NCBI GenBank assembly: GCA_030704615.1
Contig: CM060732.1
Span: 82,646,001-82,710,000, forward strand
DNA length: 64,000 bases
Source: Takakia lepidozioides
Taxonomy: Eukaryota > Plantae > Bryophyta
Reading direction: 5' to 3'
In this document: positions 63,389 to 64,000 of the stretch, one piece after another
How positions within the stretch are numbered: the stretch's first letter is position 1
Layout: every line of letters starts with the position of its first letter
The notes under the pieces: generated by a model
Database searches by the model: none
The model's input: only the letters and a program-made list of their open reading frames with translations
Told to the model about the DNA's origin: nothing
Made by a program: the position numbers and the translations under genes

Positions 63389-64000
63389 GTGACCGAGGAC
63401 TTGCGAGATCGGAAAATGAAGCTACAAACAGGGATCAATTGGTCCACAAAAGGAGAAAAAATGACAAAGTACTTCTTTGATAAAAACAGGCTGCGTAGGG
63501 CATCCCAGAACATCTCGGAACTCATTGACCAATCCTCCGGGGGGTCTGCATCATCCCCTAGGTCTCTGGCGGACATGGCAGCCTCTCATTTTTTATCCCT
63601 CTTCACCTCATACCTCCCCGATCTCTCCCTATCCAACCTACAATTTCAATGCCTCTCCCACACATTGCAAAACAACAAATCTCCTGGAATTGATGGTCTA
63701 TCAGTGGAATTCTACTAAGCTCTTTGGACCGACATCTCCCAAAATTTTACTGACATGGCAAACCATCTCTTCTCCATGCAATCCATGCTGCCTTGTATGT
63801 CCCAAGGGGTCATCACCCTCATCTTCAAAAATGGGGACAAATCTAATGTTTCCAATTACAGGCCCATCACGCTCCTCAAAGTCGCATACAAAATAATAGC
63901 AAAAGCTCTGGCTATGAGACTACAGCCCCTGTTGCCCTCTCTAATTAGACCCAACCAATCTGGCTTCATAAAGGGTAGATACATTCTGGACAACCTCATG
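63389..64000 (+). mobile_element. L1-clade LINE ORF2 segment (pre-RT to RT domain 2), runs off the window
   Basis: WSTKGEKMTKYFF, NNKSPGIDGLSVEFY, NYRPITLLKVAYKIIAKALA, PNQSGFIKGRYILDN. Confidence 0.9.

Overview
Plant nuclear DNA, probably from a non-seed plant (inferred from the PLS-PPR style, an RTEX-like LINE and a Galadriel-like chromovirus). Four intron-containing host genes are present: an extra-large G protein (XLG, -), an OSCA/CSC1 channel (+), a LEA_2/NHL protein (-) and plastid ClpP6 (-). Bases 1-12953 are a head-to-tail tandem of a young Ty3/gypsy chromovirus with shared LTRs. About ten copies of an RTEX-like LINE with (ATTTC)n tails lie in introns. The most notable structures are: (1) a 4.9-kb non-autonomous CACTA (58417-63350, AAT TSD) carrying scrambled PPR/E/DYW RNA-editing-factor fragments plus a segment also found inverted at about 14.2-15.0 kb; (2) the L1 it interrupts, which looks 5'-inverted (twin priming); (3) an 803-bp TTAA-flanked piggyBac-like MITE; (4) a long fold-back just downstream of the XLG stop codon; (5) a possible Pro-rich repeat tail on OSCA followed by a plastid 16S fragment. 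Exon and element boundaries were read by eye and may be off by a few bases. No database searches were run.
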